Below, piece after piece: positions 1 to 8,783 of a DNA stretch of 20,402 bases. The stretch lies in NCBI GenBank assembly GCA_040222015.1, contig JAVJWO010000140.1, positions 1-20,402 of the forward strand, read 5' to 3'. Below the pieces are notes generated by a model. That model searched no databases and was not told where the DNA came from. It was given only the letters and a program-made list of their open reading frames with translations. Every line of letters starts with the position of its first letter. Position 1 is the stretch's first letter. The position numbers were made by a program, and so were the translations under genes. Source of the stretch: Coleofasciculus chthonoplastes F2-STO-03. GTDB lineage: Bacteria; Cyanobacteriota; Cyanobacteriia; Cyanobacteriales; Coleofasciculaceae.

Positions 1-31
1 TGCAGACTATCGTTAACACTTGCTTTTCCAT
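1..31 (-). CDS. tnpB: 5' end of a probable IS200/IS605-family TnpB gene (runs off the window)
   Basis: Reverse strand reads ATG GAA AAG CAA GTG TTA ACG ATA GTC TGC = MEKQVLTIVC, resembling the cyanobacterial TnpB N-terminus M(E/K)QVLT(I/L)VCKL. It lies just inside an IS605-type left-end hairpin. Only 10 codons are visible. Confidence 0.55.
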   Translation of the reverse strand, partial: MEKQVLTIVC

Positions 32-137
32 TCCATAATTATATCACTGCAATGAGTAATGATGTCGATGCATCCTGACCGCAATTCCTCTCACCGCCAA
101 ATCAAAGATTATGGCGGGAGCCTCCTTGCGGTTGAAG
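1..137 (-). mobile_element. Left end of an IS200/IS605-family (tnpB-only type) element
   Basis: Minus strand: TCAC|CTTCAACCGCAAGGAGG-CTCCCGCC-ATAATCTTTGATTT-GGCGGTGAG-AGGAATTGCGG. The subterminal hairpin has the same ATAATCTTTGATTT loop as the end at ~9980-10010. Candidate target tetranucleotide TCAC at 138-141. Confidence 0.7.
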
Positions 138-141
138 GTGA

Positions 142-162
142 GTAGGGTGGGCATTGCCCACC
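142..162 (+). repeat. GTAG-type REP-like palindrome
   Basis: GTAG-GGTGGGCA-T-TGCCCACC; near-identical copy at 11486-11506. Confidence 0.8.
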
Positions 163-187
163 AACCTTAAGGAGCGTGCCATTTTAC

Positions 188-1036
188 TCAATCCGGTGTG
201 CGAGCTAACAACACGGGACAATTCGCATACACCCGCACATAGTCAGACAGGGAAGTCCCCAGCAATCGGTCTAAATCAGGGAGAGACATAGCAATAGTAG
301 GACGGCGTTCAGGAGAACCCAGGACTAACAAATCCACATTCATTTCATCTGCCAAGCGACAAATCTCTCGTCCCGCCTGACCCTTACTATTAATACATTT
401 ATAGGCAATACCTTGCTTTTTCGCTTCTGCTGCAGCCGATGCCAAAATCGGATCGGTTTCAGGAGTGGTTATCGGTTCACCCGATGGCGTTTTTTGGTCG
501 GGGTTGACGTGAACTAAATACAGTTGACCGCCTTTGACGTCCCGAATCAGAGACAGCGCCAAATCCAAGCTTTGCTTGGCACTCTCTGATTTATTCATTG
601 ACACCATGACTCGGTTGATCCGTTTGACGTAGATCTCGTCTTTCACCAATAACATGGGACGAGAGGACAATTGGAAAACATATTGGCTAACGGAGTTTTC
701 CAAGATGGATTCCAATCGTTTGAGTCCTCGGGAACCCATAATAATCAGGTCAGATTGCTCTTCCTGAGCTACTTGTAGAACTACGTCTTTTGGATCTCCC
801 TGTTTGAGTCGGGGTGTGATTTTGTTGGGATCGATTTTGAGAGACTTAACGGCGTCTGCCAAAATCTTGCCGCCCTCTTCTAGTTTGGCTGACATGGCTT
901 CAGCACTAACTTGGGGGGTGACTACATGGAGAACCGTAACCGATGCCTGTTGCATGATCGGGATTTCGGTCAACATATTAAACATTTCTTCACATAATCC
1001 CCGACCGGCAACAGCAAGCAAAATTTTTTCAATCAT
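188..1036 (-). CDS. Universal stress protein with tandem USP domains
   Basis: MIEKILLAV..., with DLIIMGSRG and DLLVLGS USP motifs and C-terminal CPVLLAR. The start is placed at ATG 1036 because most of the ORF extension to 1108 (1059-1108) lies in the IS-derived element. Confidence 0.9.
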   Translation of the reverse strand: MIEKILLAVAGRGLCEEMFNMLTEIPIMQQASVTVLHVVTPQVSAEAMSAKLEEGGKILADAVKSLKIDPNKITPRLKQGDPKDVVLQVAQEEQSDLIIMGSRGLKRLESILENSVSQYVFQLSSRPMLLVKDEIYVKRINRVMVSMNKSESAKQSLDLALSLIRDVKGGQLYLVHVNPDQKTPSGEPITTPETDPILASAAAEAKKQGIAYKCINSKGQAGREICRLADEMNVDLLVLGSPERRPTIAMSLPDLDRLLGTSLSDYVRVYANCPVLLARTPD

Positions 1037-1042
1037 AGTTTC

Positions 1043-1291
1043 AATGGTTTCAATCGTTTTGACAATCTCCCTTGGAAGAAGGGAGATTCTATGGAGATTT
1101 CGCTCCATATATCCCGCCCGATAAACGGGTTCCTAGGCACACAGCGTCAGCCTCAAGGGGTGCTGTGTTATCTCCTTAGTACCCTGTTAATTCAGGGCTC
1201 TTGCGTTTCAAACAGAGTTAACGGCTTGGGTTTCGTCGAGTCCCGGCGTACCTTATCTATCAAGTTGACTTCGACTTCGCAGCCGCAAGCC
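1043..1291 (-). ncRNA. Putative omegaRNA-like structured RNA; predicted 3' guide is the flank 1058-~1043
   Basis: -10-like TAGAAT (1303-1298) followed by hairpins (e.g. ACACAGC...GCTGTGT, ATGGAG...CTCCAT) that run into the IS right end. Boundaries are inferred. Confidence 0.4.
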
Positions 1292-1409
1292 AGCTCTATT
1301 CTAGAATAACGGCGAATGAATTCGCCGTGTCGAACTTCATCCCCGATTTAAAAATCATGTCCTCGAACGAAGTGAAGGAACGGGGCTTCCGTTCTCCCGT
1401 TCTTTCTCT
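1059..1409 (-). mobile_element. Non-autonomous IS200/IS605-type element (351 bp, no protein gene)
   Basis: Minus-strand left end: TCAC|AGAGAAAGAACGGGAGAACG-GAAG-CCCCG...AAATCGGGG. Right end: GAAT-CTCCCTT-CTTCC-AAGGGAG-ATTG-TCAA|. GAAT/TCAA and GAAG/TCAC follow the IS608-type guide/cleavage-site pairing rule. Confidence 0.7.
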
Positions 1410-1501
1410 GTGAGTTGGTTAAGATGAGACTTTCGCCATTGCAGGAGAGTCGGCGCCATATTGGGGTAGAACAGTTATGTATCCATAGAAAAGAAATCTC
1501 C

Positions 1502-2065
1502 ATGAACCTTTCAAGACTCTGGCAGGTAATTATTACAGTGGTATTAGTGCTGGGACTCTATATGCCCCCGGTGACGGCGGCTGAAACCCTTTCCCCTAGA
1601 ACTGATACGTTTAATGCTTTGGTGCAGGAATGTCTGGAACTCCAAGGAGAGACATCTCTGAGTGCTTGTGATCAAGCCATTGAAATGCATCCGGATGATG
1701 TGATTCCTTGGTATGGGCGTTCTCGGGTGTTATCGGCTTTAGGACAACAAGAAGAAGCCAATCAGTCTTATGCGCGGGTGCGGGTGATTCAAGCGTACTA
1801 CAATGCGATCGCGCAACTGCTTGCCCAACAAGAACAGATTGAGTCGTTGATGCAAAATGACGAGCAATTCTCTCAACTCGAAGCCGCGATAAATAGTGAG
1901 GATATGGAGGAAGAGCAGTTGGAACAACTGCAACAGCTTAAACAACAGATTCTCACACTCCGGGAAAATCCTAGCCTTCTTGATCAAGAAATAGCGGATG
2001 CGATGCTTCAGGTACGCGATCGCTTGGCTGATATTATTGGACAAATTTCCGCCACAGCTTCATAA
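1502..2065 (+). CDS. Secreted TPR-like / coiled-coil protein
   Basis: Signal peptide (MNLSRLWQVIITVVLVLGLYMPPVTA-A), TPR-like segment ACDQAIEMHPDDVIPWYGRSRVLSALGQQEEANQSY and a Q/E-rich helical C-terminus. ATG 1502 is preferred over TTG 1415. Confidence 0.75.
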   Translation: MNLSRLWQVIITVVLVLGLYMPPVTAAETLSPRTDTFNALVQECLELQGETSLSACDQAIEMHPDDVIPWYGRSRVLSALGQQEEANQSYARVRVIQAYYNAIAQLLAQQEQIESLMQNDEQFSQLEAAINSEDMEEEQLEQLQQLKQQILTLRENPSLLDQEIADAMLQVRDRLADIIGQISATAS

Positions 2066-2066
2066 C

Positions 2067-2138
2067 TGGGCGCAAACCGGGCGGAATTTTTGGGCGCAAG
2101 CCTTGCGGAATTTCTGGGCGCAAGGATGGCGCCCCTAC
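2067..2138 (-). repeat. Stuttered GTAG-type REP cluster
   Basis: Three TGGGCGCAA units, two followed by GCGGAATTT, ending in GCGCCCCTAC (GTAGGGGCGC on minus). Confidence 0.65.
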
Positions 2139-2282
2139 GAGGATAATCCTTAAATTTAGATGTAGCTTTTTCCTATTCCCGTTCCCTGTTCTCTTTATAT
2201 TCAACTTAAGATAGATGAGGTTACTTTCAATTTATAGAAAATTAGGGGGTGTATAGAATTATTAAAGGATAAAGTAGATCTA

Positions 2283-2867
2283 ATGAACTATCCGAAAAAA
2301 ACGTGGCAACTCCTAGGATTTACAACTATCTATTCACTGGCACTGACCATTTTTCCAAAAGTGGCTAGTGCGAATCAACCGCCATCTGTACAGCGTTCTG
2401 ATGACTATCAGATTGCCCAAATGACCGATTGCCGAGAGGTTGATGTTAATACAATGCTGAATATACGACAACAGCCCAATGGACGGGTTGTTGGGGCTTT
2501 GGAAGATGCACAAACTGTTAATATTATCGGGGAACCGGAGGATGGATGGGTAGAGATTGACGCCCCGATGGATGGCTATGTTGCGGCAAGATATCTAGAT
2601 TATTGTACGGGTGCGGTTCCCCCATCTCAAACCATGCCGACTACCCCAGCAAGTGAGGGAGTTTCCACTGTACCCGGTAGCAACTGCCGTCAGGTGGTTT
2701 CGCCGAATACATCAGTGCGATCGCAACCGAATGGCGAAGTGATTGGTACCCTAGAAAAAAATCGGACGGTTTATATCGCCAACGAGGGAAACAATGGTTG
2801 GGTGCCGATTGAAAGACCAATAGACGGCTATGTGAATGCGGCAAATCTGGGCTACTGTTATCAGTAA
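2283..2867 (+). CDS. Secreted protein with two bacterial SH3 (SH3b) domains
   Basis: Signal peptide (..KVASA) and two repeats: LNIRQQPNG...GWVEI..P.DGYV and SVRSQPNG...GWVPI..P.DGYV. Confidence 0.85.
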   Translation: MNYPKKTWQLLGFTTIYSLALTIFPKVASANQPPSVQRSDDYQIAQMTDCREVDVNTMLNIRQQPNGRVVGALEDAQTVNIIGEPEDGWVEIDAPMDGYVAARYLDYCTGAVPPSQTMPTTPASEGVSTVPGSNCRQVVSPNTSVRSQPNGEVIGTLEKNRTVYIANEGNNGWVPIERPIDGYVNAANLGYCYQ

Positions 2868-2899
2868 GCCGTTTTAAGCTGAATAACACATTTTGCACC

Positions 2900-3030
2900 G
2901 TGAGTCAACCCTCTCAACAGCGGAATTTTCTCGCCAATACCCAACTCTGGCGAGGTTTACCGGATGAGCAGTTAGACGCGATCGCAATGGTCGCGATCGC
3001 TAAATCGTATCATAAAGGTGAGGTAATTTT
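2900..3030 (+). pseudogene. Truncated Crp/Fnr-family (cNMP-binding domain) gene
   Basis: FLANTQLWRGLPDEQLDAIAMVAIAKSYHKGEVI is the typical start of a cNMP-binding domain. Similarity stops at the CRISPR-like repeat at 3031. Confidence 0.75.
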
Positions 3031-3086
3031 GTTTCAATCCCGTGTTTCAATCCCGTTGCGTTGCCGGAATTCATTATATATGAAAC
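3031..3086. CRISPR. Orphan degenerate CRISPR-type repeat (partial copy plus one copy with an internal duplication)
   Basis: GTTTCAATCCCGT + GTTTCAATCCCGTTGC[GTTGC]CGGAATTCATTATATATGAAAC. Without the 5-nt duplication it is 38 nt and ends ...GGCAACGGGATTGAAAC on the minus strand, like cyanobacterial CRISPR repeats. No array or cas genes in the window. Confidence 0.6.
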
Positions 3087-3114
3087 AACGACGAAGAAAA
3101 CTACCGCTAACTAG

Positions 3115-3182
3115 GTAAGGGCGGGTTTTGTTGAGAGGTTAACGGTAATATCTTCTGGCTGAGTGGCTAAACCCGCCCCTAC
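3115..3182. repeat. REP doublet / long hairpin
   Basis: GTAAGGGCGGGTTT ... AAACCCGCCCCTAC inverted arms; same family at 7488 and 14939. Confidence 0.8.
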
Positions 3183-3246
3183 AACCTCTTTTGTCTCCCC
3201 TGTACACAGAAGCATTTAAAACTCAAAACTTCCCCTTCTCCCTACT

Positions 3247-5544
3247 CTACACCGTCGTTTCCTGTGGCATCTTCTCATAATAGCGATGATAATAATCATA
3301 AGAACTCGTGGTATAGTTCTTCAACCCATTCGCCACCACTCCCAAGACTCGGGCATGAGAGGTTTTCAATCCAGATAACACCTGCATAAATACTGTTCGA
3401 TCCGTTCTTCCTAATCCCACCACCATAACAATTCCATCCGTATGCGCCGCCAATAACCGCGCATCAGCTAAACCTAACATCGGTGGTGTATCAAAAATAA
3501 CTAAATCAAACATTTCTTCAAACGACTCAACTAAATGCTGCATCTTTTGAGAACAGAGGAGTCGAGTCGGATCAGGCGGAATTTGCCCAGCAGTTAACAC
3601 AAACAAATTCTCCTCCAATGGTGATGGCTGAATTACATCTTTCACATTAATGTCACTGGAAATAACATGACTCAATCCCCACACATTCGGTAAATCCGTC
3701 CTCAGATGTAGCTGCGGACGTCGCAAATCGGCATCCACCAATAATACCCGTTGTCCCATCGCAGCAGCAGCTTGTGCCATAAACGTCGCTATAGTGGATT
3801 TGCCATCAGCCGGAACCGCTGAACTAATTACTACTGAACGAATGGGTTCATCGGGACTAATAAACTGAAAATTAGTCTGAAGCGAACGAAATGCTTCCAA
3901 AAATGGAGAAGTATGATAGCGATAAGCAGGTTGACTTATAGAAGATGCCAACAACGGAGTTTTTGATTTATTGGCTGTTTTCGTCAGTTTATTTTGTTTC
4001 TTCAAGGGTTTGTGAAAGGGAATCGTTCCCAAAACCGCTAACCCTGTCCCTTCCTTCAATTCCTCAGCCGAGTGAAACACCTTATCCAACTTTTCGGCAA
4101 CAAACCCCGCCCCTGCACCTGCCAGTAATCCAGCCACTGCCCCTAAGACTAAACCACGAGGTACATTGGGAGAAGTTGGTGTTTGGGGTTGTTGAGGTTC
4201 GGCAATTAACTGCCAAGGTAATGTCTTTTGGGCGGCTTCAATTTGTAGCGTCTCTCGCACTGCCAAAAATCGGTTCAAACTCTCGGTGGCGACGTTTAAC
4301 TCTCGCTGTAAATCCGTATACTGACGGGCAACCACTGCCAAATTCTTAAGCTGCTGACTCATCAACCGTTCGGCTTTAGCGATCGCACCTGCCCGCACTT
4401 CTAGCATATTAATTTGGTTCGTTGTCTCTACAAGCTGTTGAGTCAGTGTCAAACGCAGGGAACTAGGCGACGCCAGAGATTCCGGATTTTCGGGTACAGC
4501 ACTAGCATTTGCCCCCAAAACAGTTCCGGCTTCCTGACTCAGCAGAGGAAGTAAATTTTGTTGCTTCTCTCGTAGCGCCTGAATCGTGGGACTCTGTTCG
4601 GTAAACCGCGCCGATTCACTAGCAATTTGACTTTCAATCTCCGTCAACTGATTCAGCAACTGCTGATAACGCGGGGCTTCGGAGAGGGCGGAAGCCGCGA
4701 TCGCTTGTTTGGGAGATAGTCCTAATTCTCCTAACTGACTTTGAAGTTGCACCGCCAGGGTGCGGGCTTCATCCAGTTTAGTTTGGGTATCTTGACGTTC
4801 TTGGACAATGGTGCTAACTCGACTGGTCAATACTTGACCCTGACTATCCGGATCAACCAGATTATACTCTTGGCGAAATCGCTGTAGTTTTTGCTGGAGA
4901 GTATCCACCCGCCCTTGAAGTTTCGGCAGTTGCTCTTCGACAAACTCAATCCCCTGTCGCGTACTCGTCTGCTGTTCAGAGAGCGAGTAGTTCATGTACC
5001 CTTGGGCAACTTGTTCTAGAATAAACTGGATCTTTTCCGGGTCAGAATCTTGGTAACGTATTTCTAAAATTTTCGTTTGTTGCAGCCGATAAATCGCCAG
5101 TTTGCTGCGAAGCGTATTATAGTCCAATTCTGGATAGCGAGACTGAATTTGTTCCACAATCGGAGCCATCACTTGAGGACTCCACAGCACCTGAATCTGG
5201 GTTTCGTAGTCTAAACTGTTGCCTTGACTCCCACCCCCTTGATTCAGGGATTCACTAATCTGCTCTAACTGATCTTCACCGGAAACGGACCCCACCAATA
5301 ACTGAAACTTACCTTCGTAGTTGGGCGTCTGCTGCAAGACTTTCGTGACAATTGCCGAAGTGACAGTGATCGCCACTCCAGCGATAACCAACGCCCGCCG
5401 CCGCGCGATCGCGAGAATCTGACGCAAGTCCAGCTTGTCGTCTTCTGTCTCAGCAAACCCATGCAGGGGCAGAGGAGACAATTGTGATGGTCGTTGTCCA
5501 TTACGATTGGATACTAACGACTGATACTCTCCATTTAAACCCAT
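3247..5544 (-). CDS. wzc: Wzc/GumC-family polysaccharide chain-length determinant / BY-kinase
   Basis: Two TM segments flanking a coiled-coil region; Walker A SSAVPADGKST, A' LLVDAD, Walker B IFDTPP; C-terminal Tyr cluster YTTSSYDYYHRYY. Confidence 0.92.
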   Translation of the reverse strand: MGLNGEYQSLVSNRNGQRPSQLSPLPLHGFAETEDDKLDLRQILAIARRRALVIAGVAITVTSAIVTKVLQQTPNYEGKFQLLVGSVSGEDQLEQISESLNQGGGSQGNSLDYETQIQVLWSPQVMAPIVEQIQSRYPELDYNTLRSKLAIYRLQQTKILEIRYQDSDPEKIQFILEQVAQGYMNYSLSEQQTSTRQGIEFVEEQLPKLQGRVDTLQQKLQRFRQEYNLVDPDSQGQVLTSRVSTIVQERQDTQTKLDEARTLAVQLQSQLGELGLSPKQAIAASALSEAPRYQQLLNQLTEIESQIASESARFTEQSPTIQALREKQQNLLPLLSQEAGTVLGANASAVPENPESLASPSSLRLTLTQQLVETTNQINMLEVRAGAIAKAERLMSQQLKNLAVVARQYTDLQRELNVATESLNRFLAVRETLQIEAAQKTLPWQLIAEPQQPQTPTSPNVPRGLVLGAVAGLLAGAGAGFVAEKLDKVFHSAEELKEGTGLAVLGTIPFHKPLKKQNKLTKTANKSKTPLLASSISQPAYRYHTSPFLEAFRSLQTNFQFISPDEPIRSVVISSAVPADGKSTIATFMAQAAAAMGQRVLLVDADLRRPQLHLRTDLPNVWGLSHVISSDINVKDVIQPSPLEENLFVLTAGQIPPDPTRLLCSQKMQHLVESFEEMFDLVIFDTPPMLGLADARLLAAHTDGIVMVVGLGRTDRTVFMQVLSGLKTSHARVLGVVANGLKNYTTSSYDYYHRYYEKMPQETTV

Positions 5545-5983
5545 AATTCAGTTAAACGTTGGCGTTTCTAACACTGAGGCTAAAAGTTAGCGGTTAGATC
5601 CCTTGTTCCAGAGGAAGTTGGGATACACGATAATTTAAAAAAGCAGGGAGAACTCCTGACGACAGGAGGAGAATAACTTTTTTAGATGTTCTGGTGTACG
5701 CTGGTCATGATGAATACTTACAGATACAGCGCTGGTGCGCTCAATCAGGACAATCCTTACAAGGGTCAGGGTGCAGGCAATTTTAGCTGATTCACCTCGT
5801 CTATGGCTGCGGTAGATGGGGAAGCCGATGCAGACGAATATCTGAAATCTATCCGAGACGACTCGCAATTTGCGTCAAAATGTGTTTATGCTCCAATGAC
5901 CGCGATTACCTAGTTGAGATTAACGACTAGTGACTAACTTTGATCTCAACGAAATTGATGCTAAGTGATAAAATTGAAATTTA

Positions 5984-6033
5984 TGCTGATAACAATTAAA
6001 ATCATTATAAATAGCTTTTAATTATTATCAGCA
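5984..6033. promoter_or_regulatory. AT-rich 18-bp inverted repeat in the wzc/GT4 divergent promoter region
   Basis: TGCTGATAACAATTAAAA-N14-TTTTAATTATTATCAGCA, 17/18 complementary. Function is inferred only. Confidence 0.45.
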
Positions 6034-6154
6034 ATTAGCCTGGAATTAATTTTTAATCTTTAGATCCAATAAAATCCGGATATAGGCGAATGAATGTGTA
6101 AATTCGAGCGTAGTCCGATATCCGTCTGAGATCCCCAGTCAGTAACACAGTAAC

Positions 6155-7462
6155 ATGAGCAATAATGAGACTCTCCCACGGCATAGTAAACCCCTGCGAT
6201 TGTCGATTGTGACTCAGTTTTATCCCCCTGATTATGCCGCAACCGGACAGCTTATTGAAGAACTTGCTGTTGAATTGGGAAAACAGGGTTTGTTGGTGCG
6301 AGTGTTTACTGGACAACCTGGTTATGCATTTCACAGCCAGTCAGCACCAGCGAGGGAGTATTTCCAGCGACTGATAATTCAGCGATCGCGAGCGACTCGG
6401 ATTTGGTCGAAGCGTATTCGCGGCAAAGCCCTCAATGGGCTACTCTTTTGTCTGCGGGCTGGACTTCATTTACTTAAAACCAGTAGTCATGGAGACATAC
6501 TGCTGTTAACTACTGCTCCTCCTTTTTTACCCATTCTCGGATACTTAGCCAAAAAGTTATTTGGACTCCCCTATGTCTGTTTAGTCTACGATTTATATCC
6601 AGATGTTGCTGTCGAACTCAACGTTGTTCCCCATCGCCACTGGTTAGTTCGACTCTGGAATACAGTGAACTGCCATATATGGAAACAAGCCCAACAAATT
6701 ATTGTTTTGAGTCCTTCGATGAAGAATCGAGTCGTTGGCAAATGTCCCCAACTTAAGGATAAAATTACTGTTATTCATAATTGGGCAGATGCCAATTGGA
6801 TTGTACCAATTGCTAAACAGGATAACTGGTTTGCCCAAAACTTTAATCTAGTTGATAGGTTTACCGTACTTTATTCCGGAAACATGGGTCGCTGTCATGA
6901 TATGGAGACTATTCTAGAAACCGCTAAATTGTTACAAGATGATCCAATTCTATTTGTTTTTATTGGCAATGGCGCTAAACGCGAAGCCTTTGAAGCCCAA
7001 ATTCATCAGCTTGGCTTAACAAATTGCCGCTTTTTACCCTATCAAGATAAACAAAACCTACCCTATTCACTCACCGCAGGAGACTTATCGTTAGTCAGTA
7101 TCAGTCCAGGGATGGAAGGCTTAGTCGCCCCCAGCAAACTTTACGCCGCCCTAGCCGCAGGGCGTCCAATCGCCGCGATTTGTGAACCCCAGTCTTATTT
7201 ACAAGGGATTGTGACTGAGGCGCAATGCGGTGCAGCGTTCAGTAACGGCGATGCGGCGGGTTTGGCAGAGTTTATTCGATGCTTGTCTACGGATGAACCA
7301 TTAGTTAAGCGTATGGGTGAAGCCGGTCGTCGTTTTTTACAATCCAATTTTACCCCTGATTTGATTGCACAAGAATACTCAAAGTTATTGCATCAATCTG
7401 TATTTAAGGGTTGGGAATCATCAGAAGTTTCCGTTCAGTATTCCAGCATTCGGTGGAAATAA
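6155..7462 (+). CDS. Glycosyltransferase family 4 (WcaI-like)
   Basis: IVTQFYPPD, YDLYPD, VIHNWAD, LYSGNMG and PSKLY motifs. Confidence 0.9.
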   Translation: MSNNETLPRHSKPLRLSIVTQFYPPDYAATGQLIEELAVELGKQGLLVRVFTGQPGYAFHSQSAPAREYFQRLIIQRSRATRIWSKRIRGKALNGLLFCLRAGLHLLKTSSHGDILLLTTAPPFLPILGYLAKKLFGLPYVCLVYDLYPDVAVELNVVPHRHWLVRLWNTVNCHIWKQAQQIIVLSPSMKNRVVGKCPQLKDKITVIHNWADANWIVPIAKQDNWFAQNFNLVDRFTVLYSGNMGRCHDMETILETAKLLQDDPILFVFIGNGAKREAFEAQIHQLGLTNCRFLPYQDKQNLPYSLTAGDLSLVSISPGMEGLVAPSKLYAALAAGRPIAAICEPQSYLQGIVTEAQCGAAFSNGDAAGLAEFIRCLSTDEPLVKRMGEAGRRFLQSNFTPDLIAQEYSKLLHQSVFKGWESSEVSVQYSSIRWK

Positions 7463-7487
7463 TCAGCCAAACCGGGGGAGCAAAACT

Positions 7488-7527
7488 GTAGGGGCAGGTT
7501 TTATAGCACTACGAACCCGCCCTTCTA
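7488..7527. repeat. REP-like hairpin between convergent genes (possible terminator)
   Basis: GTAGGGGCAGGTT...AACCCGCCCTTCTA imperfect inverted arms. Confidence 0.6.
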
Positions 7528-7542
7528 GGAACCTATAGCCGC

Positions 7543-8319
<777 letters not shown>

Positions 8320-8393
8320 CTATTCGCCGAAGTCAGCTCTTAGCATTTTGCACTAGAATCGAGCCAAACAACTAATAACCGTGATGTTTTGTT

Positions 8394-8711
8394 ATGGCAG
8401 TTAAAAAACAGTTTGCCAGTTTTCAGGAACTCCTCTCTGGATCGGATGTACCCGTGTTGGTCGATTTTTACGCGACTTGGTGTGGTCCATGTCAGATGAT
8501 CGCACCGACCCTCGAGCAAGTCGGTCTTCAGCTCAAGGGTAAGCTACAAGTGGTCAAAATTGATACAGACAAATACCCTCAGATTGCCTCTGAGCATCAT
8601 ATTGAAGCTCTTCCCACCCTGATACTCTTTAAGGATGGCAAAGCGGTGGAACGGATTGAGGGGGTTGTCTCAGACAAGCAGCTTATGGAACGACTAAAAC
8701 CTTTACTTTGA
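8394..8711 (+). CDS. Thioredoxin (likely y-type)
   Basis: VLVDFYATWCGPC active site; the MAVKKQF.SF N-terminus resembles cyanobacterial y-type Trx. Confidence 0.93.
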   Translation: MAVKKQFASFQELLSGSDVPVLVDFYATWCGPCQMIAPTLEQVGLQLKGKLQVVKIDTDKYPQIASEHHIEALPTLILFKDGKAVERIEGVVSDKQLMERLKPLL

Positions 8712-8719
8712 ACAACCAC

Positions 8720-8746
8720 AGAGACGTTCCGCCGGAACGTCTCTAC
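8720..8746. repeat. GTAG-type palindrome between convergent trx and thf1 (possible bidirectional terminator)
   Basis: AGAGACGTTCC-GCC-GGAACGTCTCT-AC, a perfect 11-bp stem. Confidence 0.75.
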
Positions 8747-8783
8747 CCAGGCGGAACTTGGTATCAATATCCCTTGATCAACT

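Noticed and set aside
1038..1054. Tandem GTTTCAAT (ATTGAAAC on minus), like a CRISPR repeat handle, in the predicted guide of the 1059 element
   Set aside because: Only 8-nt units 9 bp apart with no palindromic core or spacers; similarity to the 3031 repeat is too short to support CRISPR identity or targeting.
1037..1108. N-terminal extension of the USP ORF (306 aa)
   Set aside because: Lies mostly in the IS right end; the USP fold begins at ATG 1036.
3031..3118. Functional CRISPR array, or an intact 72-aa protein
   Set aside because: Only one full degenerate repeat and no cas genes; the ORF tail is just translated repeat.
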